A program made the position numbers and the translations under genes. The notes beneath the pieces are model-generated. The model was not told where the DNA came from. It was given only the letters and a program-made list of their open reading frames with translations, and did not search any database. DNA of 63,552 bases, counting the filler, from Octopus bimaculoides (taxonomy: Eukaryota): the NCBI RefSeq assembly GCF_001194135.2. It is 7 parts of 7 records of this genome, joined end to end, with 100 filler letters (N's around TTAATTAATTAA, not from the genome) between each part and the next. Parts side by side here need not be neighbours in the genome. Positions count along the whole stretch, not along the records: positions 1 to 23,392 come from NC_068987.1; 6 more parts are not named here. The stretch is one strand, 5' to 3'. Shown here one piece after another: positions 10,860 through 21,810 of the stretch (position 1 is the first letter of the stretch; each line of letters opens with the position of its first letter).

Positions 10860-11490
10860 GAAGATGCACCAGAAATGTGAACACAACCAATACGCAAGTC
10901 TGGAAATATATCAAGTCAGTCAGAACTGCCTTCAAGTAGCACCTGTACAACCAGAGGTCCTCTTTCAGGATTTGGTGCCTCAAAGATGAAGGTACCCCAT
11001 ATGATATCAAGTGGAGGATCATAGAGCGGCCAGAATCCTGTATTAACAGGGAGCAGATGCTGCAAGCTTTGCATAGCTGAGCAAGCAAGGATCCTCCAAG
11101 ACTCCCTGGAACCAAGATTATTGAATTCCTGGCAAGAAGTTTATAGTTTCTGCATCCATTTCAAATGCTTCCTGCTGCAAGCATGGGATGCCCCATTCAT
11201 CGATTAGATCCAAAAGGTCCTTACAAGCTAAAAGCAACATAAGGACAGAGTTCCCAGTTTCCCTTTTGACCCACATGGACTGGTCTAAGGGAGATAACCC
11301 ATCCTCACTGACCTGGATTGTTTATTCATTGTCTACTTACTAACTGACCATAACAGATTTCTACCTCTGAGGTTTGAAGAACTATATGGCTTTTAGCTGT
11401 AGAGTCTGACAAGTCGTCTATGGGGCTAAGCTCTTTATGGATGTGAAACCATCAGTCACTCTATGACCGGACGCATATATTTACCAAAAT
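10860..11490 (+). mobile_element. Penelope-like element remnant (GIY-YIG endonuclease C-terminus plus 3' region)
   Basis: WKYIKSVRTAFK*HLYNQRSSFRIWCLKDEGTPYDIKWRII...(frameshift)CCKLCIAEQARIL...LLNSWQEVYSFCIHFKCFLL matches the PLE GIY-YIG domain with its C..C/C.H motif. Lies in FBXO47 intron 3, antisense. Confidence 0.75.
11400..11463 (+). ncRNA. Degenerate type-I hammerhead ribozyme
   Basis: Stem I TAGAGT (11400-05)/ACTCTA (11458-63); core CTGACAA (G8>A); long imperfect stem II; GAAAC; stem III AC-CATCA-GT; cleavage triplet GTC (11455-57). Confidence 0.55.
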
Positions 11491-11530
11491 ATACCTTACA
11501 TGTTCAAGCTAATTTTAAAAAGTTACTCAC

Positions 11531-11698
11531 CTAACTGTTTAAATCTGTAATAATATTCGTCTTTCTCTGATTGAGTTAGAATTTCATGGTGGAATGGATT
11601 TGGAAGTAAATGTCTGCCAGATGGTCTGGTAGTCTTGAATCCATCAATGAGATTTCGCATGGCTTTCGATGTAATTGTTAATATACTTAAGTCATCGA
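11531..11698 (-). CDS. FBXO47: FBXO47 exon 3
   Basis: catattttag|...|gtgagt; 168 nt, phase 1-1. Encodes (V)DDLSILTITSKAMRNLIDGFKTTRPSGRHLLPNPFHHEILTQSEKDEYYYRFKQL. Absent from the ORF track; found by manual translation. Confidence 0.9.
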
Positions 11699-12012
11699 CT
11701 AAAATATGGAATTAGTATAGAATTATCAAATCAGGAAAACAAATGCCATTTGAAATGAGAGAAAGTGTGAGAAAGAGAGAGAGAGAGGAAGAGAGATATA
11801 TGTATATTATTTGTACATGTATAATGTTACATGTGGATATATGTGTATAAAATATCTCCAAAAAATCAAAATTTGTGACAATTATTGTCCTTAATTTTGA
11901 AAATACCTATCAAAAGATAGGTCTTTTAGATGAGAAAAACATGAACAAGAAGCTGAAAGTAAAAATGGGGGAAAGAGCTTTGGATAAATAGATATTGAAA
12001 CCTATTCTTCTC

Positions 12013-12059
<47 letters not shown>

Positions 12060-12148
12060 ATTTCTCCATTAATTGTGAATTTGTAACTACTGGAGAAAGA
12101 ACCCTTTTCTAGCTTAGTCTTCAAGTTTAAACATCAACAGGGTGGCCA

Positions 12149-12185
<37 letters not shown>

Positions 12186-12516
12186 ATGTGCGTGTGCATG
12201 TGTGTATGCATGCACATAACCATGAGCGTGCACGTGGGTGCATGTACGTGTATAAGCACAAGTGTGCATATGTATGTTTGTGTGTGTATAAAGGCAAATC
12301 AGAATGTTAGGGAGAGAACTGATGTTACTATATCAATTATTTCATAGAAATTCTCTACCTTCCTGTTTCATAATTATGTTACCATAATATAACTATAAAC
12401 TAATATAACTGGAATGTTGCCCAGTAGATCTTAACTTAATCAAACCAGTTGAAAGGAAAAACCTGTATTATTTTCATCTAACTAAATATTACAGAAAAAT
12501 GAACAATTTTGTTTAC

Positions 12517-12666
12517 CTGAAAGATATGTTAAAAGATGAAACTTCAGTTCCAAAGGCAATATGTCAAAATAACCTAAATGTCTATGCTTCACTGTATTTT
12601 CTATTTTTTTCATCTCTAATCTGTTTGACCGTCTAGGCTTTTTGGCAGTGAGAAAAGATTTAAAAT
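12517..12666 (-). CDS. FBXO47: FBXO47 exon 2 (start of F-box)
   Basis: tttgtttacag|...|gtaaac; 150 nt, phase 1-1. Encodes (D)FKSFLTAKKPRRSNRLEMKKIENTVKHRHLGYFDILPLELKFHLLTYLS, matching the RRSNR and F-box LPLE..IL.YLS pattern I recall for vertebrate FBXO47. Confidence 0.9.
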
Positions 12667-14049
12667 CTGTAAACAAATGAAACAAAAGCATATATAAAGA
12701 TAGGTAATTAAAATATTTTTTATTAATCATTTGAAAAGAAAATGTTAATCTAATGAACTTTACATACAATTAAAATTAATTTTCAGAAAATTTGTTTAAA
12801 ATAAAGTTAAATAGAAAGATTCCTAATTTTATATTTTTGTTTTGAGAGTGAGGTGACTTAGCTTGGCCTGTGGCTAGGGTGTTGCACTCACAATCACAAA
12901 ATCATGGTTTTGGTTTCCAGACTCTCAGAGATGCATTGTGTTCTTGAGCAAAATACTTCATTTCATATTGCTTCAGTCGACTTAGCTGTAAATGAATAAC
13001 TCTGTGAAGCACAGGCAACCTGTTCTGGAGTAATGAGATCTCAATCACTTATGCACCGTACCAACCAGATAACTGGCCCTCTCAGTTTTAGGACATGAGA
13101 CAGTACTTACTTTGAAAGTGAATATAGAGTTGATTAACTTCAGTGTATTTCTGCTCCTTTTTTTGTATTATTGACTACATATAGACAAGTTTTATTCGAC
13201 ATCTTATTTGACTCAATAAAGCATTCAGTTCAGCACTTTACTCGCTCTACCACCCTCTCTCTTCTAATACAAATTTTAAAAATACCAATGTTATATTCAA
13301 ATTTCTTCTCATTTCTATATGACTAACATATTGAAATTACTTTGCTCTCATGGCTGAAAAGACAGAATATTTTTATAGAGTTACAAACCCTGTCACAAAC
13401 TTTATCAATATATATATTTGAGCCCACTGAGATTAAAGTGCCATAATCAATACAATGACTATTAACATTTTAACAAATCATTCTCAGTTAATTTTTCTCA
13501 CTTTATTACATCATTTCATCATAAAGTACCAACTTATTTTATATGAATCCAAGAAATATTGCTGCTCAACACATTTTGAAATATTTTTCATCACTGTCAT
13601 ACAAACAGCATTGTTCATTTCCAGTCATCCACGAAAACTATGTCTGGCAATTGGGAAATATTACCCTGCTTGGAAAGAGGTGAGGGTTGGCAACAGGAAG
13701 GGTATCTGACCATAGAAAATCTACCACATGGATGTGTGTGTATACCTGTATATGTCTATGTTGTTCACATAGATGGCACTGTCTACTCTGAGATATTTCT
13801 CTTAGCTTATTATTGTTTAAGTTATATTTATACATATACTTACATACAGACATGCATATATACATTCAGGCACATATATAAATATGCATGTATATATATG
13901 TATGTACAAACTCATGTACACACATGGCAAGAGTTGGAGGGTTTGACAGGATCTGGCAGATTCAAAGACTGTATTATGCTCTTGTGTCTGCCTTGACTTG
14001 GTTTCTATGGTTGGATGCCCTTCCTAATGCCAACTACTTTACAGCATGT

Positions 14050-15005
14050 ATCTCTTAGCCCCAGTTTTTCTTTCAGCACATATATACTGTGCCTTTCAAG
14101 CACTCTTACATTGCACATCCAATGGAACATGATTGTGTCATTTCTTTCCAGTCGTCTCATATCCACTGCCCATGTCTTACTACCATGCACCATTGCAGTT
14201 TTAACACAAACATCATACAATTTACTTTTCACTGTTGGCAGCAGCAGCAGTAGCTCCCTGGAATTTCTCCAGCCCATTTTTATTCTGGTTACTGTACTTT
14301 TGGAGCAGTCATCTCTTTTGCTGATTACACTTCCTAGGTAGCAAAAGCTATCAGCTACTTCTAGTTAGCCATCTAGTCATTAAAAGGAGTCTTGGTGTGT
14401 TCGCAGTACCTATATCTCATGTGCATATATCACGTATTAAGCTTATGATCTCTGCTAGTCAACCTGTGATTCTATTACACCCCTTGTGTGTCCATAAATT
14501 GCGTTGGGTGCAACATATGGAATTTATACCTATTCCTTATTGAGCAAGGTCATTTTCCTGAAGGTACTAGGGGCTTGTCCTTTTTTCTACTTACTAAAAC
14601 TTTTATATTTACTAAATTTACCATAAGACCTCTTGATTCTAGGTTTAACTTGGAATTTCCTAATTCCCTTATAGATTAGCTATGAATATGAGAATTAGAT
14701 CATCAGCCAGACTTAAACACCTCTGTGATGGCCTGTTGGACTCTGATGAATAGGAGGGGGCTGAGGACTGAGCCTTGATGATGCTAAATTCCTCAGTGAA
14801 GTTGTTAACTTTCAATTTACTTATTGTATCTTTGTACATGGATTGTACAGCCCTCACAAGACATTCATCAACACCTAGTTTCCTTCGTGACTACCAAATT
14901 ACTTTCTATGGTATCCTGTCAAATATGTTCTCCAGGTCAAAGAAGTATTTCTCTTGCAGTTGCCTCTCTAGGAAGATAGCATCAGTGGAGCCTCTTCCAG
15001 GTGGC
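14050..15005 (-). mobile_element. RTE LINE RT remnant interrupted by ~290-bp insert (14400-14690)
   Basis: PGRGSTDAIF..RQLQEKY..FDLENIFDRIP...GVDECLVRAVQSMY...QGSVLSPLLF...ADDLIL, then YLGSVIS...GWRNSRELL...KLYDVCVKTAMVHGSKTWA...LERND. Confidence 0.8.
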
Positions 15006-15019
15006 AATTCATTGCAGTT

Positions 15020-15396
15020 GCACCATAATAATGCGAAGAAACAATGTTGTCAAACAGCTGCTACAAACGGACCAGCGGAAAGGCAGGCTAGGTATTGTAT
15101 ATTTGAGGACATTTCTGCTACCTTCTATACGGTCGATTACCTCAAGTATGTTTATTCATAACATTAAAGTGACCAATTCAACGGAAAGGATACCAATTTA
15201 TAAAACACATGGCGGCTACATGTTGCATGAACCTCTTGAGGGCGACATTCCAACTGTTGACCATTAACCTCGGCTACCGCATTGTGCGAATGTGGTAGCC
15301 GAGGTAGCACTCCAAAAATTTTCTGAAGTGTATGGCTTCATCTTCCAGCAGTTGAATGGTAATTTATTAAGACCCGTGCAACGTCGGGTACTACTG

Positions 15397-15400
<4 letters not shown>
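15020..15400 (+). mobile_element. Helitron-type 3' terminal region
   Basis: Hairpin ACCCG-TGCAACGT-CGGGT (15372-15389), 7 nt, CTAG (15397-15400), then T: a canonical Helitron 3' end. The 5' boundary is approximate. Confidence 0.65.
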
Positions 15401-15452
<52 letters not shown>

Positions 15453-17617
15453 NNNNNNNNNNNNNNNNNNNNNNNNNNNNNNNNNNNNNNNNNNNNNNNN
15501 NNNNNNNNNNNNNNNNNNNNNNNNNNNNNNNNNNNNNNNNNNNNNNNNNNNNNNNNNNNNNNNNNNNNNNNNNNNNNNNNNNNNNNNNNNNNNNNNNNNN
15601 NNNNNNNNNNNNNNNNNNNNNNNNNNNNNNNNNNNNNNNNNNNNNNNNNNNNNNNNNNNNNNNNNNNNNNNNNNNNNNNNNNNNNNNNNNNNNNNNNNNN
15701 NNNNNNNNNNNNNNNNNNNNNNNNNNNNNNNNNNNNNNNNNNNNNNNNNNNNNNNNNNNNNNNNNNNNNNNNNNNNNNNNNNNNNNNNNNNNNNNNNNNN
15801 NNNNNNNNNNNNNNNNNNNNNNNNNNNNNNNNNNNNNNNNNNNNNNNNNNNNNNNNNNNNNNNNNNNTATATATATATATACATACATACATACATGTGT
15901 GTGTATGTGTCTGTCCCCCCTCCCCCAACATCGCTTGACAACTGATGCTGGTGTGTTTACGTCCCCGTAACTTAGCGGTTCAGCAAAAGAGTCTGATATA
16001 ATAAGTACTAGGCTTTAGGCTTACAAAGAATAAGTCCTGGGGGGCGATTTGCTCGACTAAAGGCGGTGCTCCAGCATGGCGGCAGTCAAAATGACTGAAA
16101 CAAGTAAAAGAATAAAAGAATATATATATATACACTAGATAAGCTCTTATTAAAGTGCATTTCATATTGGTTTAATATAAAATATGATTTATAAATATAC
16201 ACACGTGCATGCATATATATATATATATATATATATATTTGCCTGCTTCATATGTCCAAAACCGTAAAGCCAAAGAAATAAACACGTTGTGGCTGCAACT
16301 GAGTTTCAATTCCCAGAGTTGATACCGTGTGGTTATTATCAATGTCAATCCCTCCGTCGAAAGTAACGAACGTCCCTTCACGCGATTTCGTCTCTTCTGT
16401 TAATCTGAAGCCATAATGCATGTGTTCGAAACAACATCAATAAGAAGAACGTCAACGACATTGGAGGACCCGCGAAAGGGTTACTCGACGTGCTAGACAT
16501 AGCAGCTAAATCTCCTTGAAATAAGTCTTCGTCGTCAAACAAAAAGGTTGGAAGGAAGGACACGTTAGATATTGAAGTGTTAGATAGCCATAAATAGATG
16601 GGATGGTCTTAACTGGAATGCCCCTTGTTACAGGTCTTCTTGGGCAGAACTGAGTTAACTTTAGGTTAAACAATAGTATTAGTTATTGTTCCAAGTTAAC
16701 AAAAACAACACTTCTTATTTTTAATGAATATTGTCGAACTGTATTTTGTTCTGTCTTTAGAATGATTCAATTTTTATTGGAAATTTACTGGAAAATAATT
16801 AAGTTTTAATTATTTATTTCCAATTTGCAATTAACATTTTTTATTTGAGAACCTAAAAGAAAAGATCAGAAAGTTCAGTCAGAAAATATTAAAACATTAT
16901 TTTAAGATTTACAGGATTTTTTTCATTCTTGGCAAGAAGAAAGGCTTTTTTAATATTTATATTTATATTCCAAATGCAAGTATATTACTGTTATTAATTT
17001 ATTTCTCCGTTTTGTAAGAAAGATGTGACATGTCGACATTAAAGAAAAGATTAAGAACTTCAACAATAATTCTAAATGTATTAAAAATAAAACTGTTAAT
17101 TTCTGGAGAAGGTATCTCTGTTCCATTTTCAAACAAACTTCTTCAAGTTTATGTCCCCATTTTCACATCTTTATTGATTATTTTATGAATATAATAAAAT
17201 TTGACGAAATGATTGTTGACCATTTTCATGAAGGCGAAACCTAATTAATGTCTAAAAAAAGAAAGTCAAACTGATAGAAAATATAAAGAAATGAAGGAAA
17301 ATATTGGCAAATAAGCTGAGTAATTCGAATAAGTATCAATATGGTCTGGTTTTAATGGTATATGTTGTTAATTCGGATGAAAAAATGAACCTTAAAAGAA
17401 TTGTTTGTGGACATTGCAGCATCGGTCGTCTGCTTGTTTCATGGCGATGACAATAATCAAAAGGGATTTATATTTAGATACAATAACAATTTAGGTTAAT
17501 TGAAAAAAGTCATAACAATCTGATAATATGTGACATTTGTTTTCAAGATATAATCTTGATTAATGTAAGCCAGGCAAAGGAAAAGTTCTGCTCTGTTGAA
17601 ATGAAAGAACAACTCAC

Positions 17618-17621
17618 CCAT
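17618..17621 (-). CDS. FBXO47: FBXO47 coding exon 1 (ATG+G only; 5' UTR extends to higher coordinates)
   Basis: Minus strand reads AAAGTTTAAAC-ATGG|GTGAGT: a strong donor in phase 1, which exon 2 requires. G+AT gives Asp, so the N-terminus is MDFKSFLTAKKPRRSNR. Inferred from phase and splice consensus only. Confidence 0.6.
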
Positions 17622-17679
17622 GTTTAAACTTTGACGATGTCTGACTTTCTTTTCTTTCTTTTTCCTCTTTTTAGTTTTT

Positions 17680-17860
17680 TTTTTTTATTGGACGGGGCGG
17701 GCGTTCAGTTACATAGCCAGTGTCTTTTCATCCGCTGTACAATAACCGAATTTTTAGAACACCTTTATTAACATTATTATTTACTTTTTTTTTTTGAACG
17801 GTGGATCTCGAAGCACATAAACCTATAAATGACAGTGTATAAATATTGGATTAATGTTTG
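17680..17860 (-). promoter_or_regulatory. Candidate FBXO47 proximal promoter / 5' region
   Basis: ATTGG (CCAAT on minus) at about 17686 adjoins a GC box GGGGCGGG at about 17694; MYB-type TAACTG on minus at about 17706-17711; second ATTGG near 17845. All lie just upstream of the inferred ATG. These are short motifs and could be chance. Confidence 0.35.
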
Positions 17861-18531
17861 CAACTTGACCAGGAAACGAAAATTAAAAAAAAATAGTGCA
17901 ATGGGTGTAAAAAAAATGTGTAGGAAACGAATATGAAAAATATGCGCGCAAAGCAACAGGTGGGTGGGGAGAGGACCTCGGGAAATTCACAAGATTCGAG
18001 TTTTTCTCTCATAACTTTTAGGAAAATGGGGTTTTTCCAATGAAATTTTATAGAAATACCTTTCAAACGGCATACATTACGATTATAAAGAAATTTGTGG
18101 GTAAAATCTTTTCACAAGATCCGAGTTTTTTAGCAAAGCAACGACAGTTGCTTTTTCTAAGCAAACATAGTGAGTTCACTCAGATATGTCAGAGAACAGA
18201 GGAGGTGGAATTATCAGAAGAGGAGGTGGCTAGGGTAAAAATGCATCTAACCAGAACTGGTAGGACAGTCCACCTTAATACACCAGAGGAAGTGCAAGAA
18301 GAAATTAGGTGCAAAACAATAATATACAAATGTGTATCATTGAAGACATGAAAAATAGGAGTTATGCAAGCTCAGGTCGAAAATGCCTGAGACCTGTATA
18401 GAATCAAAAGTGTTATGTTGCCTGCAATAAAAGCTTTGGCACAGGTGAGGTGAGGTTTTCAGCTGAAGAACTGGTCAAAGAAAATGTTACAACAATCCTT
18501 AAAGCTGTGGTATTATATATGATTCCTAAGG

Positions 18532-18745
18532 CAGCGAGCTGGCAAAAACGTTAGCATGCCAGCCAAAATGCTTAGCGGTATTTCATCTGTCTTTACGTTC
18601 TGAGTTCAAATTCTACTGAGGTCGACTTTGTCTTTCATCCTTTCTGGGTCGATAAATCAGGTACCAGTTGTGCACTGAGGTCGATCTAATCGACTGGTCC
18701 CCTCCCTCAAAATTTTGGGCATTGTGCCTAGAGTAGAAAAAATTA
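18532..18745 (+). mobile_element. SINE family B (tRNA-like head; central domain resembling MetaSINE core)
   Basis: GGCAGCGAGCTGGCAAAAACGTTAGC...GAGTTCAAATTC...GTCGACTTTGTCTTTCATCCTTTCTGGGTCGATAAATCAGGTACCAGTT. Another copy at 39673-39910. The Meta assignment is from memory of that core and needs checking. Confidence 0.7.
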
Positions 18746-20330
18746 TGTTTCCCACATACTTCAGTTGGAAGGTTGTTAAAGTGAAAGTAGCAGAGGTGCC
18801 ACCAGAAGTGGACATCTCCTTGCTGGCAGCTGCAGTGTTGTATGGCATAGAGGGAAGAATTAAAATTCTACAAATTCACAGATTTAAAAAAGAAAACTGG
18901 TATGGCACAGGGATAGAACTCTTGTTGCTTGCAGATTTCCCAACTGCACAGGAGATTCCAGAACTAATAGAGCTCCCTGGAGATGCAAAACTATTTGTAA
19001 CAGTAGAGGGTAGAAAGCCAAGATGCCACATTTCTGGCCAGACAAACCATTTAAAGGCTTTCTGCCCTAGGCAATCAAAAGAGAAAACCGTGCTGCTGCA
19101 AACACCTCCAACACAACAAAAGCAGCAGTACCAACAGAGGTAGGTGGCCACTGGAGCAGCAAAAACAACAGCAACACCAATCACAACAGCAGCAGCAGCA
19201 ACAACAACAACAAACAACTCACAAACATCTATCTATGGCTTCCACACACCAAACAGCAACAAAAACAACAGCATCAGTACCCCCTAAAACAACAACAACC
19301 TTACCAACAAGGCACAAACCAAAAAACCTCTCAAGATTTCCTTTTTCTCTCTCCTGAACACTCAGATGTGTCCTGTGTGGAGGGAGAAGAAGAAGAGCCT
19401 AAATGGCAACAAGTCACCAGATCAAAAAGAAAAAGGAACAAAAATACACCAGCTAAAACACAAAAATCTGGCAGGTATGATGACAGTGAGGAGGCACATG
19501 ACAAAACAAACCCACAAACGCCTCCCCCATTAGCATCCCCATCAACACCATCATCATCTCCACCACAAGCACAACCCAGTTCACACACACAACTCATACC
19601 TTGCACACCCCAACACCAACAACACACAATCATCAACTACACAACAATAAACACAAACAATCTCTGATTTCTTTACACTAACAAACAACACACCAGCACA
19701 CACAAAATTCCTGCTAACATCACAAAACACATACAACAAAATATCTTGAAGGAGTTGGGGCCTTCAGAGAAGATATCAACAAGAGTCTTTACTGCTTGTG
19801 GAAACCTCTAAATATGACCATGGGGACAGAATAACCATCCCTACCTCACCAGTAAGTAGCCTGTTTCACTTCTATACCTTGATCTAACGTGGCCTCACTT
19901 ACGATAGGCAGTATAAAAGCATGTGCCCTGGGGTCACCCTGAAAACAAGGCCATCTATTCAATGACCTCAGGTCATAAGTATCGATGTGGTGGCTGTCAG
20001 TGAAACCAGACTCTCCAACCGACAAATGTTCATGCCCATTTTTGGTGGATACCAGATCTATTTATTGCCATGTCAACCAGGGATGGAAGAGGGAACTGCT
20101 GTGTTGTTCCGGAGAGGCCTGGATCTCAAGATAAGGGCTATCTTCCCGGACCCAGAAGGTAAGTTAGTGGTCTTGGATGTGAACAGTAGTGATGGGGGTG
20201 CCCTCACACTGGTAGCTATTTAGGTTCCCACATGAGCAGGATACCTAAACTTCTTCACATGTCTGGAAGTTTTCCTAAGAACGTTGTAACCTTTACTGTT
20301 AGCTGGCAATTGGAACACCATCTTAGAGCC
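18745..20330 (+). mobile_element. Tx1/L1-like LINE remnant, copy 1 (ORF1 zinc knuckle plus APE start)
   Basis: VKVKVAEVPPEVD...VTVEGRKPRCHISGQTNHLKAFCP (degenerate CCHC); Q/T-rich linker; then DVVAVSETRL...GTAVLFRRGLDLKI...DPEGKLVVLDV and LLAGNWNTIL (AP-endonuclease motifs). Confidence 0.7.
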
Positions 20331-20639
20331 ACGTTTGGATTGTGTGGGGCTGTATGCAAAATCAACAGTGAATTGACAAATTACTTTAATCAAAATAAAT
20401 ATAAAAATAAAACTGGGACAGCAGGGAAGGAATTTGGGGATTTCATCCTCCAGATCACAAGGAACCGAATATTAATAAAGACATCTAACTTTTTTAAAAA
20501 CAATTCAGGAAAAATGACTGGCTAGTGTTGGGATTTTTAGGAAAACAATAGATAAAAGGCTTTTAGAAGGGCTTTTTAGAAAACATTTGCCTGAAAAAAG
20601 GTCCAGAACATCCAGATTGCTTGAAAATCTAGGTGAGTG

Positions 20640-21810
20640 ACCTCTTTTTCTACCTCTAACTAGCATGACTGTTCTGAGAGTGGAATATGTGAATGTGTAT
20701 GGCCTGAGATCTGTTTAGAAGGAAGATCACTTGCTCAACAATCATAGGTCACCCAAAATAGATGAAATAGCCATCAACAAGACCAGGATTTCTACTGTGT
20801 ACATAATAGTACCCATATTCAATAACTGAGATATTCTCAACTTGTAGTCTCTCAGAATCAGATAGCAGTGCTTTTCCAAAAATCCTTACATTTCAAAGTA
20901 TGGACAGTCTTCTTGGATCCAGACAGCAGGCTGGAAACATTCCTGGGAACATCTTGTTCTTTAGTGGGAAACTAGAATTGCATTTTGGATGCACAGAACA
21001 ACTGAGTGGGGGCAGTGCATAGTGGAATTGGTGGTAAAAGCCTTGAAAACCTGATCAAAAACTTCCAGTTGTCTGACAGATATTAACTGGACTTCCCTGA
21101 TATGCTAAGGTTGACATGGAGCAACCACAACAAGTCGTCCATCTAGATAGAGTATTTGTTAGGCTGGTGGATAGGGATAGCATAGCGTGGCTTCACTTTA
21201 AACTGATTGGCTACACAGGTTACAAATTTGTGATCTGCTCAATCAATTTAGATGGACCCACAGACAGGGACTCAGTTACTAGAAGTTGAATGTGTCCTTA
21301 CTAGCATGCAAATTCTACAGGGACCAGATTAGGGAACTAGTTAAGTGGCAGTTAATGGAGGCAATTGTGCAGTTCTAATTTGTCCTGAAGAAAATAGAAT
21401 CAGTAGCATTCAGTGAAGAGTTATCAATAGAAAGAAATAGATTGGAGGAAGAAGTGGTTAGCAAGGTAGAAATGGCAGTTAGTAAAGGCATCACAACTGA
21501 CATGCTAGCAGCAGGAATGGCACTTGACCATTTTTTCAAGGTGAATCATGAAGGCTTTGTTGTCAGAGCTAAGGCCTGTGCACTCAAACACGAAGGAACT
21601 AAAACCATCCGATGGGCTTGGACGGTGGAGACATGACATGGCAACAAAACCACAATCAGTCTTTGATGCGCCAGGACGGGCACATGCTACTCAGTTCCGA
21701 GATGTGTGTGACCTTCCAGAAGCACTTCACATGGCTTTTTGAGTTGGACAATGGGTCAACAACAGTAGCGGACTTTATTTTGTACCTGGACAGCCTGCCT
21801 CAGCACTAAG
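20640..21810 (+). mobile_element. Tx1/L1-like LINE remnant, copy 2 (APE plus linker)
   Basis: NVYGLRS...HLLN..SPKIDEIAINKTRI; LETFLGTS..LVGN*NCILD; LTWSNH; FFKVNHEGFVVRAKACALKHEG. Many stops. Confidence 0.6.

Noticed and set aside
16990-17040. Alternative FBXO47 first exon MSTCHIFLTKRRNKLIT
   Set aside because: Weak GTAATA donor in phase 0, incompatible with exon 2 unless the doubtful 64-nt exon is used. ATGG|GTGAGT at 17621 fits better.
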